Assembly (NCBI GenBank): GCA_963789955.1
Contig: CAWBMV010000015.1
Span: 160,001-224,000 of the forward strand
Direction: 5' to 3'
Length of the DNA stretch: 64,000 nucleotides
DNA from: an uncultured Candidatus Rokubacteria bacterium
GTDB taxonomy: Bacteria; Methylomirabilota; Methylomirabilia; Rokubacteriales; CSP1-6
Shown here: piece by piece, positions 31,082-41,014 of the stretch
Layout of the letters: the number at the start of each line of letters is the position of its first letter
Position numbering within the stretch: position 1 is the stretch's first letter
Program-made: the position numbers and the translations under genes
Notes under the pieces: generated by a model
Seen by the model: only the letters and a program-made list of their open reading frames with translations
The model's database searches: none
Told to the model about the DNA's origin: nothing

Positions 31082-31855
31082 TCAGGAGGACGTCGCCTTC
31101 ACTTTCGAGCGGTATTGCTCCGGGACGGCGTCCAGCCGATCGGTCCAGTACACGACGCCCTGCGCATCGGTCCAGCGATAGAGCTGGCCCGCACGTGGCG
31201 GTACCGGGCCGCTCCCCGAGCTCGGACCCACGGGGGGCGCGGTCGGAGCGGCGGGCGGCGGCGACGTCGGCGGATTCGGGATCCACACCCACGTGTACGG
31301 CGTCGACACGCCGTCGCCACGAAGCTCGTAGCGGCCGGTCGGGAACTCCACGACGTTCGACGTCGGTGGCGCCTGCGGCGGGGCCGGCGCGACCGCGACC
31401 GTCCCACTCGGCTGCGTCCTGTAGCTCGCAGGCGCGTTGTAGCTCACCGGCGGATCGTAGTAGGCCGGCGGATAGTACGCCGGAGGCGGGTAGTAGTCCG
31501 AAGGGTAGTAGTACGGCGCCGCGTACACGATGGGCGCCGCTGCCACCACTCCCACCCCGAACGGGAAGAACGGGCGCAGGAACGGACGATGCACGAATCC
31601 CGGATGGTGCACGAATCCCGGACGATTGACGAAGCCCGGCGTCACGACGGCGCGTCCGCCGCCGACCACCGCGCGTCCACCACCGCCGACGACCGCACGT
31701 CCCCCGGCGCCGACGAACACGCGGCTGCCGCCGCTCACCGCGACGCCCCTGGACCGTTGGGCGAACGCAGCGTTCGGGACGACCATTAGACTGGTGGCAA
31801 GGGCCAGGACGGCTCCGGCGACGATCGGCCCCTTCTTCACTGTCGTTCCTCCCAC
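31082..31855 (-). CDS. Secreted Gly/Pro/Tyr-rich protein with C-terminal DUF4124-like motif
   Basis: Signal peptide; GGRAVV and PGFV repeats; YYPPPAYY; LYRWTDAQGVVYWTD. Confidence 0.65.
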   Translation of the reverse strand: MGGTTVKKGPIVAGAVLALATSLMVVPNAAFAQRSRGVAVSGGSRVFVGAGGRAVVGGGGRAVVGGGRAVVTPGFVNRPGFVHHPGFVHRPFLRPFFPFGVGVVAAAPIVYAAPYYYPSDYYPPPAYYPPAYYDPPVSYNAPASYRTQPSGTVAVAPAPPQAPPTSNVVEFPTGRYELRGDGVSTPYTWVWIPNPPTSPPPAAPTAPPVGPSSGSGPVPPRAGQLYRWTDAQGVVYWTDRLDAVPEQYRSKVKATSS

Positions 31856-31984
31856 TTATATGGACGGACAGAGTGTGCTCGCGTGTACCCGGCAAGGTCA
31901 AGTGGCCCTGTGGTTCACAATGAATTGGGGGGCCAGGCTGGGCCGTCCAAGCACCTGAAGCAGAGGAAAGAAAGGGGGCCTTTC

Positions 31985-34135
31985 ATGCGCTGCCGGACCG
32001 GAAGGCTGACAATCTCGGCTGTTCTGGCGTTGACCCTCGTCTCCCAGATGGTCTTCGGTGTCGGGGCCGCGCGCGCAGCCGAGGGCGATGAAGGCTCGAT
32101 CGGCCGTACCCCACCGCGACTGAGCTATGCCGACGGCGAGGTCTCTTATTTTCGGCCCGGAGCGCAGGACTGGGCCCCCGCCGAGGTCAACACGGCCCTG
32201 GCGCCCGGGGACGAGCTCTACACGGGTAATCGCGGCAATCTCGAGCTCCAGGTGGGCGGGCGCGCGTTCGTCCGGGCCTGGGGCGACTCCCAGCTCGGCC
32301 TTGTGAACCAGGAGCCCGACTTCGTTCAGATCAAGGTCACCTCCGGTCACGTGTCGCTCGACCTCCGCACGATCGAGGCGGGCCGCACCGTCGAGCTCGA
32401 CACGCCTCACGCGGCCTTCACGATCGACCGCCAGGGCTACTACCGCGTCGACGTGACGGAGACGCGAACCTCGTTCGTCACGCGGCGTTCCGGGCAGGCG
32501 ACGATGACGCCGGCCGGCGGTCAGGCCGTCGCCGTCGCGGCGAGCGAAGAGGTCGTTCTCGAAGGCACGCCGACACCGACCGTGCGCAGCTACGTGGCGC
32601 CCGAGCTCGACGTGTGGGACAAGTGGAACTACGCGCGGACCGACGATTTGATCGACGCGGTCAGCTCGCGCTACGTCTCGTCCGGCGTGTACGGCGTCGA
32701 CGACCTCGATCACTACGGCGATTGGCGAGTCGTTCCCACGTACGGCTCGGTGTGGGTTCCTCAGTCTGTCCCTGCGGATTGGGCACCGTACAGCACCGGC
32801 CGATGGGTGCTCGACCCGTACTACGGCTGGACCTGGGTCGATACCGCGCCGTGGGGTTGGGCTCCGTATCACTACGGGCGCTGGGTTTCCGTCAGCGGCT
32901 ACTGGGCGTGGGCGCCGGGGCCCGTGATCGTTCGGCCCGCGTACGCCCCGGCGCTGGTCGCGTTCTTCGGCGGCGCGAGCGTCAAGGTCGCCATCGGCGT
33001 TCCGGGAATCAGCTGGGTCGCGTTGAGCTGGGGCGAGCCCCTCGTGCCGTGGTGGGGCAGACCACAGTTCATCGGCCGGCCGACGTGGCACGGCTGGGGC
33101 GGGCCACGCGTCGTGAACAACGTCGTCATCAATCGCACGACGGTGGTGAACGTCACCAACATCAACGTCTACAAGAACACCACCGTCGAGCACGCGGTGG
33201 TGGCGGTGCGCGAAGACCACTTCGGCCGCGGCGGCAACGTCCAGCAGGCGCGCATCGCGCATGTCGACGCGCGTCGTCTCGAGCCGGCGCGGACACCGAT
33301 CCGCGTCACGCCGGACGCATCGAGCTACGTCGCCGGCAATGGGCGCGCGCCTCGTCCGCCCGAGAACACGATCTCCCGCGCCGTCGTCGCCACGCGGGCG
33401 CCGCGTCACGACGGTCCGCGCCCCGCTGAAGCGCCTCGAGCCGACGGCGGACGCGGCGCGGCGCCGCGCGCCGAGGGCTCGCGCAACACAGTCGGCGCAC
33501 CGCCACCTCGGATCGTGCCCGCGCCCAGGCCGGCCTCGACGGGGTCGGCGCCCGCGCGTCCGACGTTCGGCAACAGTGAGGTGGAGCGGGCGCGTCCGCC
33601 TCAGCCGCGGCAATTCGGCGCGCCCGAGCCGCCGGCGGCGGCGCCGGCGCCCTCTCGCGGCAACGCGCCGCGCCCAGACGGTAACGCGCCGAGGCCCGAC
33701 GGCGCCCAGCGGCCCGATGGCAACGCTCAGCGCCCTGGCGGCGACGCTCAACGTCCCGGCGCGAACGCGCCGCGTTCTGAAGCGAACGCGCCGCGTCCTG
33801 AAGTCAGCGCACCGCGCCCGGAAGTGAATGCACCGCGTCCTGACGCCCGGCGCGCCGCGCCCGGTGGCAACGCGCCGCGGCCGGACGCCAACGCGCCGCG
33901 TCCGGGTCCCGCGCCGTCAGCGCCGCGTGACGTCGGGCGCGGCAACGAGCGACCGACGCCGCCACCGGCACAGCCGTCTGTACGCGGACCCCAGCCGCAA
34001 CCGCAGGCGCGTCAGCAGCGGCTTCCCGGCGAGCCGGCCAACCGCATATCTCCCGAGCGCGCCGGATCACACCGCCAGCCGGAGCCCCAGCAAGAGCGGC
34101 ATGGAGGCGGGAAGGAACAGCAGCCCGGGCGCTGA
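31985..34135 (+). CDS. Secreted FecR-like/DUF6600-type protein with Trp-rich repeats and Pro-rich tail
   Basis: Signal peptide; RLSYADGEVS beta domain; WAPYSTGRW, PWGWAPYHYGRW; NAPRP heptad tail. Confidence 0.75.
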   Translation: MRCRTGRLTISAVLALTLVSQMVFGVGAARAAEGDEGSIGRTPPRLSYADGEVSYFRPGAQDWAPAEVNTALAPGDELYTGNRGNLELQVGGRAFVRAWGDSQLGLVNQEPDFVQIKVTSGHVSLDLRTIEAGRTVELDTPHAAFTIDRQGYYRVDVTETRTSFVTRRSGQATMTPAGGQAVAVAASEEVVLEGTPTPTVRSYVAPELDVWDKWNYARTDDLIDAVSSRYVSSGVYGVDDLDHYGDWRVVPTYGSVWVPQSVPADWAPYSTGRWVLDPYYGWTWVDTAPWGWAPYHYGRWVSVSGYWAWAPGPVIVRPAYAPALVAFFGGASVKVAIGVPGISWVALSWGEPLVPWWGRPQFIGRPTWHGWGGPRVVNNVVINRTTVVNVTNINVYKNTTVEHAVVAVREDHFGRGGNVQQARIAHVDARRLEPARTPIRVTPDASSYVAGNGRAPRPPENTISRAVVATRAPRHDGPRPAEAPRADGGRGAAPRAEGSRNTVGAPPPRIVPAPRPASTGSAPARPTFGNSEVERARPPQPRQFGAPEPPAAAPAPSRGNAPRPDGNAPRPDGAQRPDGNAQRPGGDAQRPGANAPRSEANAPRPEVSAPRPEVNAPRPDARRAAPGGNAPRPDANAPRPGPAPSAPRDVGRGNERPTPPPAQPSVRGPQPQPQARQQRLPGEPANRISPERAGSHRQPEPQQERHGGGKEQQPGR
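33659..33906 (+). repeat. Degenerate 21-bp coding repeat (xNAPRP[D/E/G], about 11 copies)
   Basis: GNAPRPD GNAPRPD GAQRPD GNAQRPG GDAQRPG ANAPRSE ANAPRPE VSAPRPE VNAPRPD ... GNAPRPD ANAPRPG. Confidence 0.85.
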
Positions 34136-34148
34136 GGTCGCGCGCGCG

Positions 34149-35358
34149 CTAGAGCTGCCGCGTCGCCAGCGCGGCCCCCTGCGCGAGGGCTTCGAGCTTC
34201 GCCCAGGCGATCTGCGCATGAACGCGTCCGCCGAGGCCGCAGTCGGTCGAAGCGATCACGCGTTCCTTGCCGACCGCGTTCGCGAAACGGGCGATGCGCT
34301 CGGCGACGAGCTCGGGATGCTCGACCACGTTGGTGGCGTGACTCACGATTCCCGGAAGGATCAGCTTGCCGTCCGGCAGCTTGACGTCCTGCCACACCTT
34401 CCACTCGTGCTCGTGGCGCACGTTGGCGGCTTCGAACGAGTACGCGCGGCACTTGACGGCCAGCATGACCTCGACGATGTCGCGCATGGGAATGTCCGTC
34501 GTGTGCGGGCCATGCCAGCTGCCCCAGCAGAGATGGAATCGGATTCGATCCTCGGGTAGCCCGCGAATGGCGTGGTTGAGCGCCTCGACGCGGACCATCG
34601 AGAACTGCTTGTAGTCGGCCACCGCCGGCTCCGGGTTCACCATGTCCCAGTTCTCGGCGATCGCCGGATCGTCGAGCTGCAGCACGAGCCCGGCGTCGAC
34701 GATGGCCTTGTATTCCTCTCGCATCGCGTCGGCGCACGCGAACAGAAACTCCTCGTCGGTCTTGTAGTGCCGATTCGCGATGCGCGCGGCGCTCCCCGGC
34801 GCGATCGACGTCATGAAGCCTTCTTCGATACCCGCCGCCTGCAGCGCGGCCTTGAAGTTGGCGATGTCCGACTGGATCGCGGCGTGGCCCGTGTACGTCA
34901 GCTGTGCCGACGCACACCGGCCAGAGCGCGGCGCGCGGCCCGGTCGTGATGCCGGAATCCGGATCGGCGTAGGCGGCAGCGAATTTCAGCCGGTCGCGAC
35001 GATCCGCAAAGCTCGTGAGGACGACCTCGCCGGGGCGAGATCGATGCGCCGGCATGTCGTACAGGCCCGCCGTGCCGAGCTCGAGCCCGCCCAGACGCTG
35101 GAACGAATAGCTCCACCACGCCCGGTAGTTGACCTTGTGCCCCATCGACTTACCGAACTCGCCGTCGCCCGGAATCGCGATACCGGCCTGCTTCTGGAGG
35201 CGCACGACCTCGGCGACGCTCGTGCGGAGCTGGTCCTGGAAGCGATGCTCGTCCGTCGCCATGCCCGATTCGCGCGCGCGATTCGCGTCGATCAGCGCCT
35301 CGGGGCGCGGCAGGCTTCCGGCGTGGCTCGTCAGGATTTGATCACGGCTCTGCCTCAT
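34149..35358 (-). CDS. Cobalamin-independent methionine synthase II-family (MetE C-domain-like) protein, frameshift near 34905
   Basis: SHAGSLPRP, DGEFGK, Zn ligands HLCWG, FEAAN, STDCG. Confidence 0.88.
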
Positions 35359-35441
35359 GTCGCGTCCTCCGTTCGTCGCGCGAGGTGGTCGGGAGTGTAC
35401 TCGATACACGTCCCGGACGTCTCGCGGCGGCCGGCGGTCGT

Positions 35442-35474
35442 GTAGAAGTTACCCGGTTATCAAGTAACTTCTAC
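35442..35474. promoter_or_regulatory. Perfect 11-bp inverted repeat, probable operator
   Basis: GTAGAAGTTAC-N11-GTAACTTCTAC in a divergent intergenic region. Confidence 0.65.
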
Positions 35475-35626
35475 CCGCCCTTGGTCCCGGCCTGCTGAGC
35501 ATTTTTTGCCGATCGGCCCGATCCGCGTTTGACCTGACGCGAGCTTCCGCTCGCCGCGAGCGCCCTGAGCACGTTCCCGCTCTGGATCCGCGTTCGGCAT
35601 CGGCGTTGCTACAGGAGGTTATCCTC

Positions 35627-36829
35627 GTGGCTGATCACTCCACGTGCCTCTGCATCGTGTCTCGCGATCGGCTCCGCGGTAACGATTTCATCGCGGCCCT
35701 CGGCGCATCGATGCGCCCGCATGAGCAGCTCGAGATCATCGTGGACCGGAGGAGCGGCGAGCCCTCGCATGACTGGGATCCCACGCAGGACCGGCGCCGC
35801 CGGCCTCAGGTCGATCTCGCGCTGAAGGCAAACGGCTTCGCCGTCGTGCCGGCGCCGAGCCAAGGTGGCCGCCGTACGCCGACGTCTCTGCTGGTTCCCT
35901 CGGCCCCGGGCTCGGACGTCAGGTTTGACGGTGGGTTCAGCGGCGGGTTTGACGACGGGGATGACGACGAGGAGAGGCTCGAGGCGATTCGCAGCTTCAA
36001 GCGCGAGCGCTCGAGCAATCTGGTCCCGTGGCTCATCGCGGCGCTGGTCGCCGTTGCCGCGGCGGCGTTCATCTTGTCGCCGACAGGTTACGCGCTCAAG
36101 CAGACCGTCGCACAGCACATGGCGACCGATAGCACGAGCTCCTCGAGCGCAACGGCCTCCTCGAGCCCCCCGGCGACGGCGCCACCGTCGAACCCGGCGC
36201 CGGCGCCTCAGACGCGGGCGCCGGTCGTCGCCGACACGCCACCGGCTGCCGACGCTCCCGCGCGGGCGCCGGCGACTGAAACACCCCAGGTCGACCGACC
36301 GCTTCGCGGACCGGCTTCGCCCCCCGAGCCCGCGCCGCCGCGAGAGGCCGTGAGGGTCGATCCGTCGCGCGAGGCGGGAGCGCCGACATTCGAGAGCAGC
36401 GGGTCATTGGGAACGTCGACCGCACCAGGCGCCGCACGGCGATCGCGCTCGACGGAAACAGCTCGGCCGAGCACGAGCACGCCGATGCCGAGACAAGCCG
36501 CCGTCGCGCCGCCGCCGTCAGCGCCGTTGTCCAGATCGGTCTCGCCGCGGTTCGCGGGGCTGCCTCGCGTCGAGCTCAGCCGCGAGGCGGGCTCGTCAGG
36601 CGGGACGTACTCCGCGCGCATCGTGGACCCGGCGGGCAAGCCGCTGCCGGACGCCGAAGTCTTGCTCCTCGCTCGCATGCCGGACGGCACCGTCGAGAAC
36701 GTCCGCATGGACTTCTACCCGGATCGCGGAACCTATCGCGGCTCGCTGCCGACGGCGTCGTCACCCGTCGATATCCGGCTGCGTGTGATCACGGGCGACA
36801 AACGAGTCGAGATTCCACTCGGGCCCTGA
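35627..36829 (+). CDS. Bitopic hypothetical protein: Arg-rich N-domain, TM, Pro/Ala linker, C-terminal YtkA/FixH-like beta domain
   Basis: CAGGAGG RBS; LEIIVDRR...DRRRRPQVD; TM WLIAALVAVAAAAFIL; DPAGKPLPDAEV...ARMPDG...GTYRG. Confidence 0.7.
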   Translation: MADHSTCLCIVSRDRLRGNDFIAALGASMRPHEQLEIIVDRRSGEPSHDWDPTQDRRRRPQVDLALKANGFAVVPAPSQGGRRTPTSLLVPSAPGSDVRFDGGFSGGFDDGDDDEERLEAIRSFKRERSSNLVPWLIAALVAVAAAAFILSPTGYALKQTVAQHMATDSTSSSSATASSSPPATAPPSNPAPAPQTRAPVVADTPPAADAPARAPATETPQVDRPLRGPASPPEPAPPREAVRVDPSREAGAPTFESSGSLGTSTAPGAARRSRSTETARPSTSTPMPRQAAVAPPPSAPLSRSVSPRFAGLPRVELSREAGSSGGTYSARIVDPAGKPLPDAEVLLLARMPDGTVENVRMDFYPDRGTYRGSLPTASSPVDIRLRVITGDKRVEIPLGP

Positions 36830-36857
36830 CCGCGCGCGGCGCCCCAAGGCGGACACT

Positions 36858-37682
36858 ATGACTACCTCGCGCAGAAGCCTCTGCATCGTGTCGCGCGATC
36901 CGTTGCAGTGCAGCGAGCTGGTCCTGAGCCTGCAGGCTTCGCTGGATCCTGATGACGAGGTCGAGATCGTCATGGATCGCCGGCGTGCGGGGGACGTGTT
37001 CGACACGAAATCCGGAGCACCCGCGGCGGTGTCCGTCGAGCGCCGCCACAATCCGGACGTCGATCTCGCAGTGAGGACCAAGGGCTTCGCGATCGTGCCG
37101 GCCGTGCCGATGACGTCTCGCCGTCGGGAGGAGCCCGACGCCGAAGAGCGCGCGCGTTTCGAGAACATCCTGAGCTTCAAGCGCCGGCACGAGTCACGAT
37201 CGGGGCGGGTCGTCGGTGACGCCGGCGCCGTCATGGTGGCGCTCATCCTGGCGCCTCCCCCGAACGGATTTTCCGCTCGCGTCCTCCGTGATGTGCCGTC
37301 GTCAGCGGAAGTGACTCGGCCTGAGGCCTCGAGCCCGGAACCCCGGCTCGGTCCGGCCGATCCATCCGTGGCGCCCGGCGCGTCCGGGCTCACCCCATCG
37401 GCGTCGCACGTCCCCAGCGCCGGGACCGCGGCTCTCACGCGGCCGAGTCCGGCGAAATCCGCGGTGACGCGGACCGGGGATCCATCGAGCGCGAGCGGCG
37501 CGATCGAACTCTACGCGGCCCGCGTCGGGGACGCGACCGAGCGCGTCGTGTCGAAAGCCAAGGATCTGATCGATCGCGTCAAGAGCGAAGTGATCGGCAG
37601 CGCCCCGATGAACGTCGGGCCAGAGCCGCCGGCACGCACGGTTCCGATCACCGGCAAGCGTCGTCCCGCCGATTCTCCGTAG
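36858..37682 (+). CDS. Hypothetical protein, paralog of the upstream gene's N-domain
   Basis: LCIVSRD...VEIVMDRR...ERRHNPDVDLAVRTKGFAIVPA...ENILSFKR. Confidence 0.7.
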   Translation: MTTSRRSLCIVSRDPLQCSELVLSLQASLDPDDEVEIVMDRRRAGDVFDTKSGAPAAVSVERRHNPDVDLAVRTKGFAIVPAVPMTSRRREEPDAEERARFENILSFKRRHESRSGRVVGDAGAVMVALILAPPPNGFSARVLRDVPSSAEVTRPEASSPEPRLGPADPSVAPGASGLTPSASHVPSAGTAALTRPSPAKSAVTRTGDPSSASGAIELYAARVGDATERVVSKAKDLIDRVKSEVIGSAPMNVGPEPPARTVPITGKRRPADSP

Positions 37683-37830
37683 CTTCGAAGCCTGCCGTCG
37701 ACCGCGCGACGGTCGCATCCTCACTTTGAGGTTGCGTTCGATGCGGAGTGGGGCCAGAGTAGCGACCTCTAACGACAGGGTCGGGCCTGTGCCGAACGGA
37801 CCCAGCCAGAACGAGGGCGCGCACTCTCAT

Positions 37831-39522
37831 ATGCTCGCCGATCGCAAATATCCGCTCAGTCTGGTCGGGCTTTTCGGCCTCTACGTCCTCGCGGGAAAGC
37901 TCGGCCTCTCGCTCGCGTCGGTTCATGCGAGCGTTTCGCCGGTGTGGCCGCCGACCGGGATCGCCATTGCCGCGTTCTTGACGCTCGGTTATCGGGTCTG
38001 GCCGGCGATTGTCGCCGGCGCGTTCGTCGTGAACGTGAGTACCGCCGGATCGCCGGCGACATCGGTCGCGATCGCGCTCGGCAACACGCTCGAGGGTTTG
38101 CTCGGCGCGTATCTCGTCAATCGCTACGCGAACGGCGTGCGGGCGTTCGACCACGCACAGGACGTCTTCAAGTTTGCCGCGCTGGCGGGTCTCTTGAGCA
38201 GCCTGGTCAGCGCATCGATCGGCGTCGTGAGCCTCTCGCTCGCCGGCTTCGCCCGGTGGTCCGACTTCGACGGCATCTGGCTCACATGGTGGCTCGGCGA
38301 CGCCACCGGCGCCCTGGTCTTCGCTCCGCTCCTGGTGCTCCTGGTCCGCGACTGGGGGTGGAGCCCGTCACGCGGCCGCCTGCTCGAGGCCGCGGCCCTC
38401 TGGCTCACCACGACCCTCATCGGGCTGGCCGTCTTCGGCGAAGGACTCGCGCACCTCGGGTTCATGACGCTTCCGCTCACGTTCCTGTGCACGCCTCCAC
38501 TCGTGTGGGCCGCGGTGCGCTTCAGGCAGCGCGAGGCCGCCATGCTCGTCGTGGTGCTGTCCGGTATCGCGATCTGGGAGACCTTGCACGGCTTCGGTCC
38601 GCTCGCCAGCGTGCCGACGAACGACTCGCTCCTGCTGCTGCAAGTCTTCATGGGCACGGTGTCCGTGATGGCCATCTCGGCCGGCGCGGTCGTCGAGGAG
38701 CGCCGCCGCGTCGAGCACGAGCGCGAGCACCTGCTGATCAGGGAGCAGGCCGCGCGCGCGGAGGCGGAAGGCGCGAACCGCGCGAAGGACGAGTTCCTGG
38801 CGATGCTGGGGCACGAGCTCCGCAATCCGCTCGCGGCCATCATCAGCGCGGTCAGCGTGCTCGACCGCATCGGGGGACACGACGACGTCGCGATCCGTGC
38901 GCGCGAGGCGATCCGTCACCAGATCACGCACCTCGGCCGGCTGGTCGACGACCTCCTCGATATCGTCCACGTCACCACCGGGGAGATCGCGCTGGCGCGC
39001 GAGCCGTTGAATCTCGCGACCAGCATTCAGCGGTCGGTGAGCGATCTGGCGGGGACGGGCCGGCTGGAGCGTCATGTTGTCGACGTGCGCGCCGAGCCGG
39101 TCTGGGCGAACGCGGATCCGACGCGGCTCAACCAGATCGTCTCGAATCTTCTGTTGAACGCGATCAAGTACACCTCGCCGGGCGGCACGATTCGGATTCG
39201 CGTCATCGGCGAGGGGACGCTCGCGATCATCGGCGTCTCCGACACCGGCATCGGCATTCCACCCAAGCTTCTGTCGCACATGTTCGACGCGCCCTCGCAG
39301 GGCGACCGTCGGCTCGCTCACGCTCAAGGCGGACTCGGTGTCGGGCTCACCCTCGTGCGCCGGCTCGTCGAGCTGCACGGCGGGCAGGTCGAGGCCTTCA
39401 GCGAGGGCCCGGGCCACGGAAGCGAGTTCGTCGTGAGGCTGCCGCGTATCGCGCCCGCGAAGCAGACCGAGTCGCAGTCCGTGTTGCGCGTCATCGGGAA
39501 AGTCGCTTCCGTCAGGCACTGA
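37831..39522 (+). CDS. MASE1-domain sensor histidine kinase
   Basis: SPVWPPTGIA, WWLGDATG, GHELRNPL, NAIKYT, GGLGVGL. Confidence 0.9.
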   Translation: MLADRKYPLSLVGLFGLYVLAGKLGLSLASVHASVSPVWPPTGIAIAAFLTLGYRVWPAIVAGAFVVNVSTAGSPATSVAIALGNTLEGLLGAYLVNRYANGVRAFDHAQDVFKFAALAGLLSSLVSASIGVVSLSLAGFARWSDFDGIWLTWWLGDATGALVFAPLLVLLVRDWGWSPSRGRLLEAAALWLTTTLIGLAVFGEGLAHLGFMTLPLTFLCTPPLVWAAVRFRQREAAMLVVVLSGIAIWETLHGFGPLASVPTNDSLLLLQVFMGTVSVMAISAGAVVEERRRVEHEREHLLIREQAARAEAEGANRAKDEFLAMLGHELRNPLAAIISAVSVLDRIGGHDDVAIRAREAIRHQITHLGRLVDDLLDIVHVTTGEIALAREPLNLATSIQRSVSDLAGTGRLERHVVDVRAEPVWANADPTRLNQIVSNLLLNAIKYTSPGGTIRIRVIGEGTLAIIGVSDTGIGIPPKLLSHMFDAPSQGDRRLAHAQGGLGVGLTLVRRLVELHGGQVEAFSEGPGHGSEFVVRLPRIAPAKQTESQSVLRVIGKVASVRH

Positions 39523-39560
39523 ATCGCGGCGTCCTGCGCGGGCACCGAGTTGCGTGCAAG

Positions 39561-39592
39561 TTATGCACTGGTGTGGATAAACCTGTTGGCAA
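39561..39592. promoter_or_regulatory. DnaA-box cluster (one perfect box, one or two degenerate)
   Basis: TGTGGATAA at 39572-39580 (reverse complement of TTATCCACA); TTATGCACT at 39561-39569; weak TGTTGGCAA at 39584-39592. Confidence 0.55.
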
Positions 39593-39640
39593 AATGCCGG
39601 TGTCGCTGTCTAAGATATCGACAATAATAGGATTTCGACG

Positions 39641-40999
39641 GTGAGAGAAATCCACAGGCTCGCCGTGGTCGGCGCCACCGCCATCGACGGAACCGGACGG
39701 GCCACGCTCCCGAGCGCCACGATCGTCATCGAGGGGACCACGATTCTCGCGGTCGGTCCCGCCGCAACGACCCAGGTCCCCGAGGGCGCCACGGTGATGG
39801 ACGGCCGAGGCAAGTTCGTGATCCCCGGGCTCGTCGACATGCACGTGCACGTCTACACGCCCGAAAAATGGCATCCGGAGTTCTTCCTGGCCGCCGGCGT
39901 CACCACCGTGTTGGATCTGGGCGGCCAGCTCCACGACGTCGCGGCCTATCGCACCGCGGTCGACTCGGGCGCTCGGCAGGGCCCACGCATCCTCTTCACC
40001 GGACCGATGCTCGAGGAAGGCGAGCCGTACGCGGGGTTCGCCGGTTTCTGCCGTCGCTTCGACTCGGCGCGAGCCGAAGCCGAGGTCGACGCGCTGGCCG
40101 ACGCGGGTGTGGATGCGATCAAGCTCTACGTGACCGTGCGACCCGACACCGCGCGCCGTGCGTGCGCACGCGCCCACGCGCGCGGCCTGCCGGTCTTCAT
40201 GCACCAGCACGCGACCTGGGGCGCCGAGGCCGCGCTGGCCGGTGTCGACTCGGTGGAGCACGTGAACGTGTTCGGCCAGCTCGCGCCGCAGGGATTTTGG
40301 CTGGCCGAGCCCGCGAGGTTGAGTCCGTTCGAGTACGGCGGCTGGCTCTGGCGGTGGCTCGGTGATCTGGACCCACGCTCCGACTCGGTGCGCCGCCTCT
40401 ACGACGGATTGATCGCCGCCGGCACCGTGCTCGACCCGACTCTGGTGCTCTACGCCGCGCGCCCGGGTGCGCTCGGCGACGATGTCGGCGATACGTCGAT
40501 GGACGACCCGGAGCGCACGAAGCTCCTGCCGCGTCTGCCCGCGGCGGTGGGCAAGGAGCTGGTCGGCCGATGGGCCGAGCGCCGCACCGCCGCTCACACG
40601 GCGTCGGAAGCGGCGAAGGATCGGACGCGGCGCGCGTGGGACAACATCCTCGCGCTGGTGGGCGGCTTCCATCGCGCCGGCGGCGTCGTGATGGCGGGGA
40701 CCGATTGTCCGAACGTCGCGATCGTCTCGGGCTTCTCGCTGCACCGCGAGCTCGAGCTGCTGGTGCGCGCGGGGCTTTCTCCGATGGAGGCGATCATGGC
40801 GGCGACGCGACGGCCCGCCGAACGGCTGGGCCGTCGCGATGTCTTCGGGACGATCGCGGCGGGTCGCTCGGCGGATCTCCTGCTGCTGACCGCGGATCCG
40901 CTCGCCGACATCCGCAACGTCAGACGTATCGAGCGCGTGATCGCGCGCGGTGCAGTCTACGAGCCGGACAAGCTACTGCAGGGCCTGCGAGCCGGCTAG
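39641..40999 (+). CDS. Metal-dependent amidohydrolase
   Basis: PGLVDMHVH, GVTTVLDLG, IKLY, SVEH, AGTD, GRSADLLLL..DPL.DI. Confidence 0.92.
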   Translation: MREIHRLAVVGATAIDGTGRATLPSATIVIEGTTILAVGPAATTQVPEGATVMDGRGKFVIPGLVDMHVHVYTPEKWHPEFFLAAGVTTVLDLGGQLHDVAAYRTAVDSGARQGPRILFTGPMLEEGEPYAGFAGFCRRFDSARAEAEVDALADAGVDAIKLYVTVRPDTARRACARAHARGLPVFMHQHATWGAEAALAGVDSVEHVNVFGQLAPQGFWLAEPARLSPFEYGGWLWRWLGDLDPRSDSVRRLYDGLIAAGTVLDPTLVLYAARPGALGDDVGDTSMDDPERTKLLPRLPAAVGKELVGRWAERRTAAHTASEAAKDRTRRAWDNILALVGGFHRAGGVVMAGTDCPNVAIVSGFSLHRELELLVRAGLSPMEAIMAATRRPAERLGRRDVFGTIAAGRSADLLLLTADPLADIRNVRRIERVIARGAVYEPDKLLQGLRAG

Positions 41000-41014
41000 G
41001 CGGCCGGCTCGCGA

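Noticed and set aside
39545..39640. Replication origin (oriC)
   Set aside because: Only one perfect DnaA box, a short gap, and no dnaA/dnaN/gidA context; kept only as a DnaA-box cluster.
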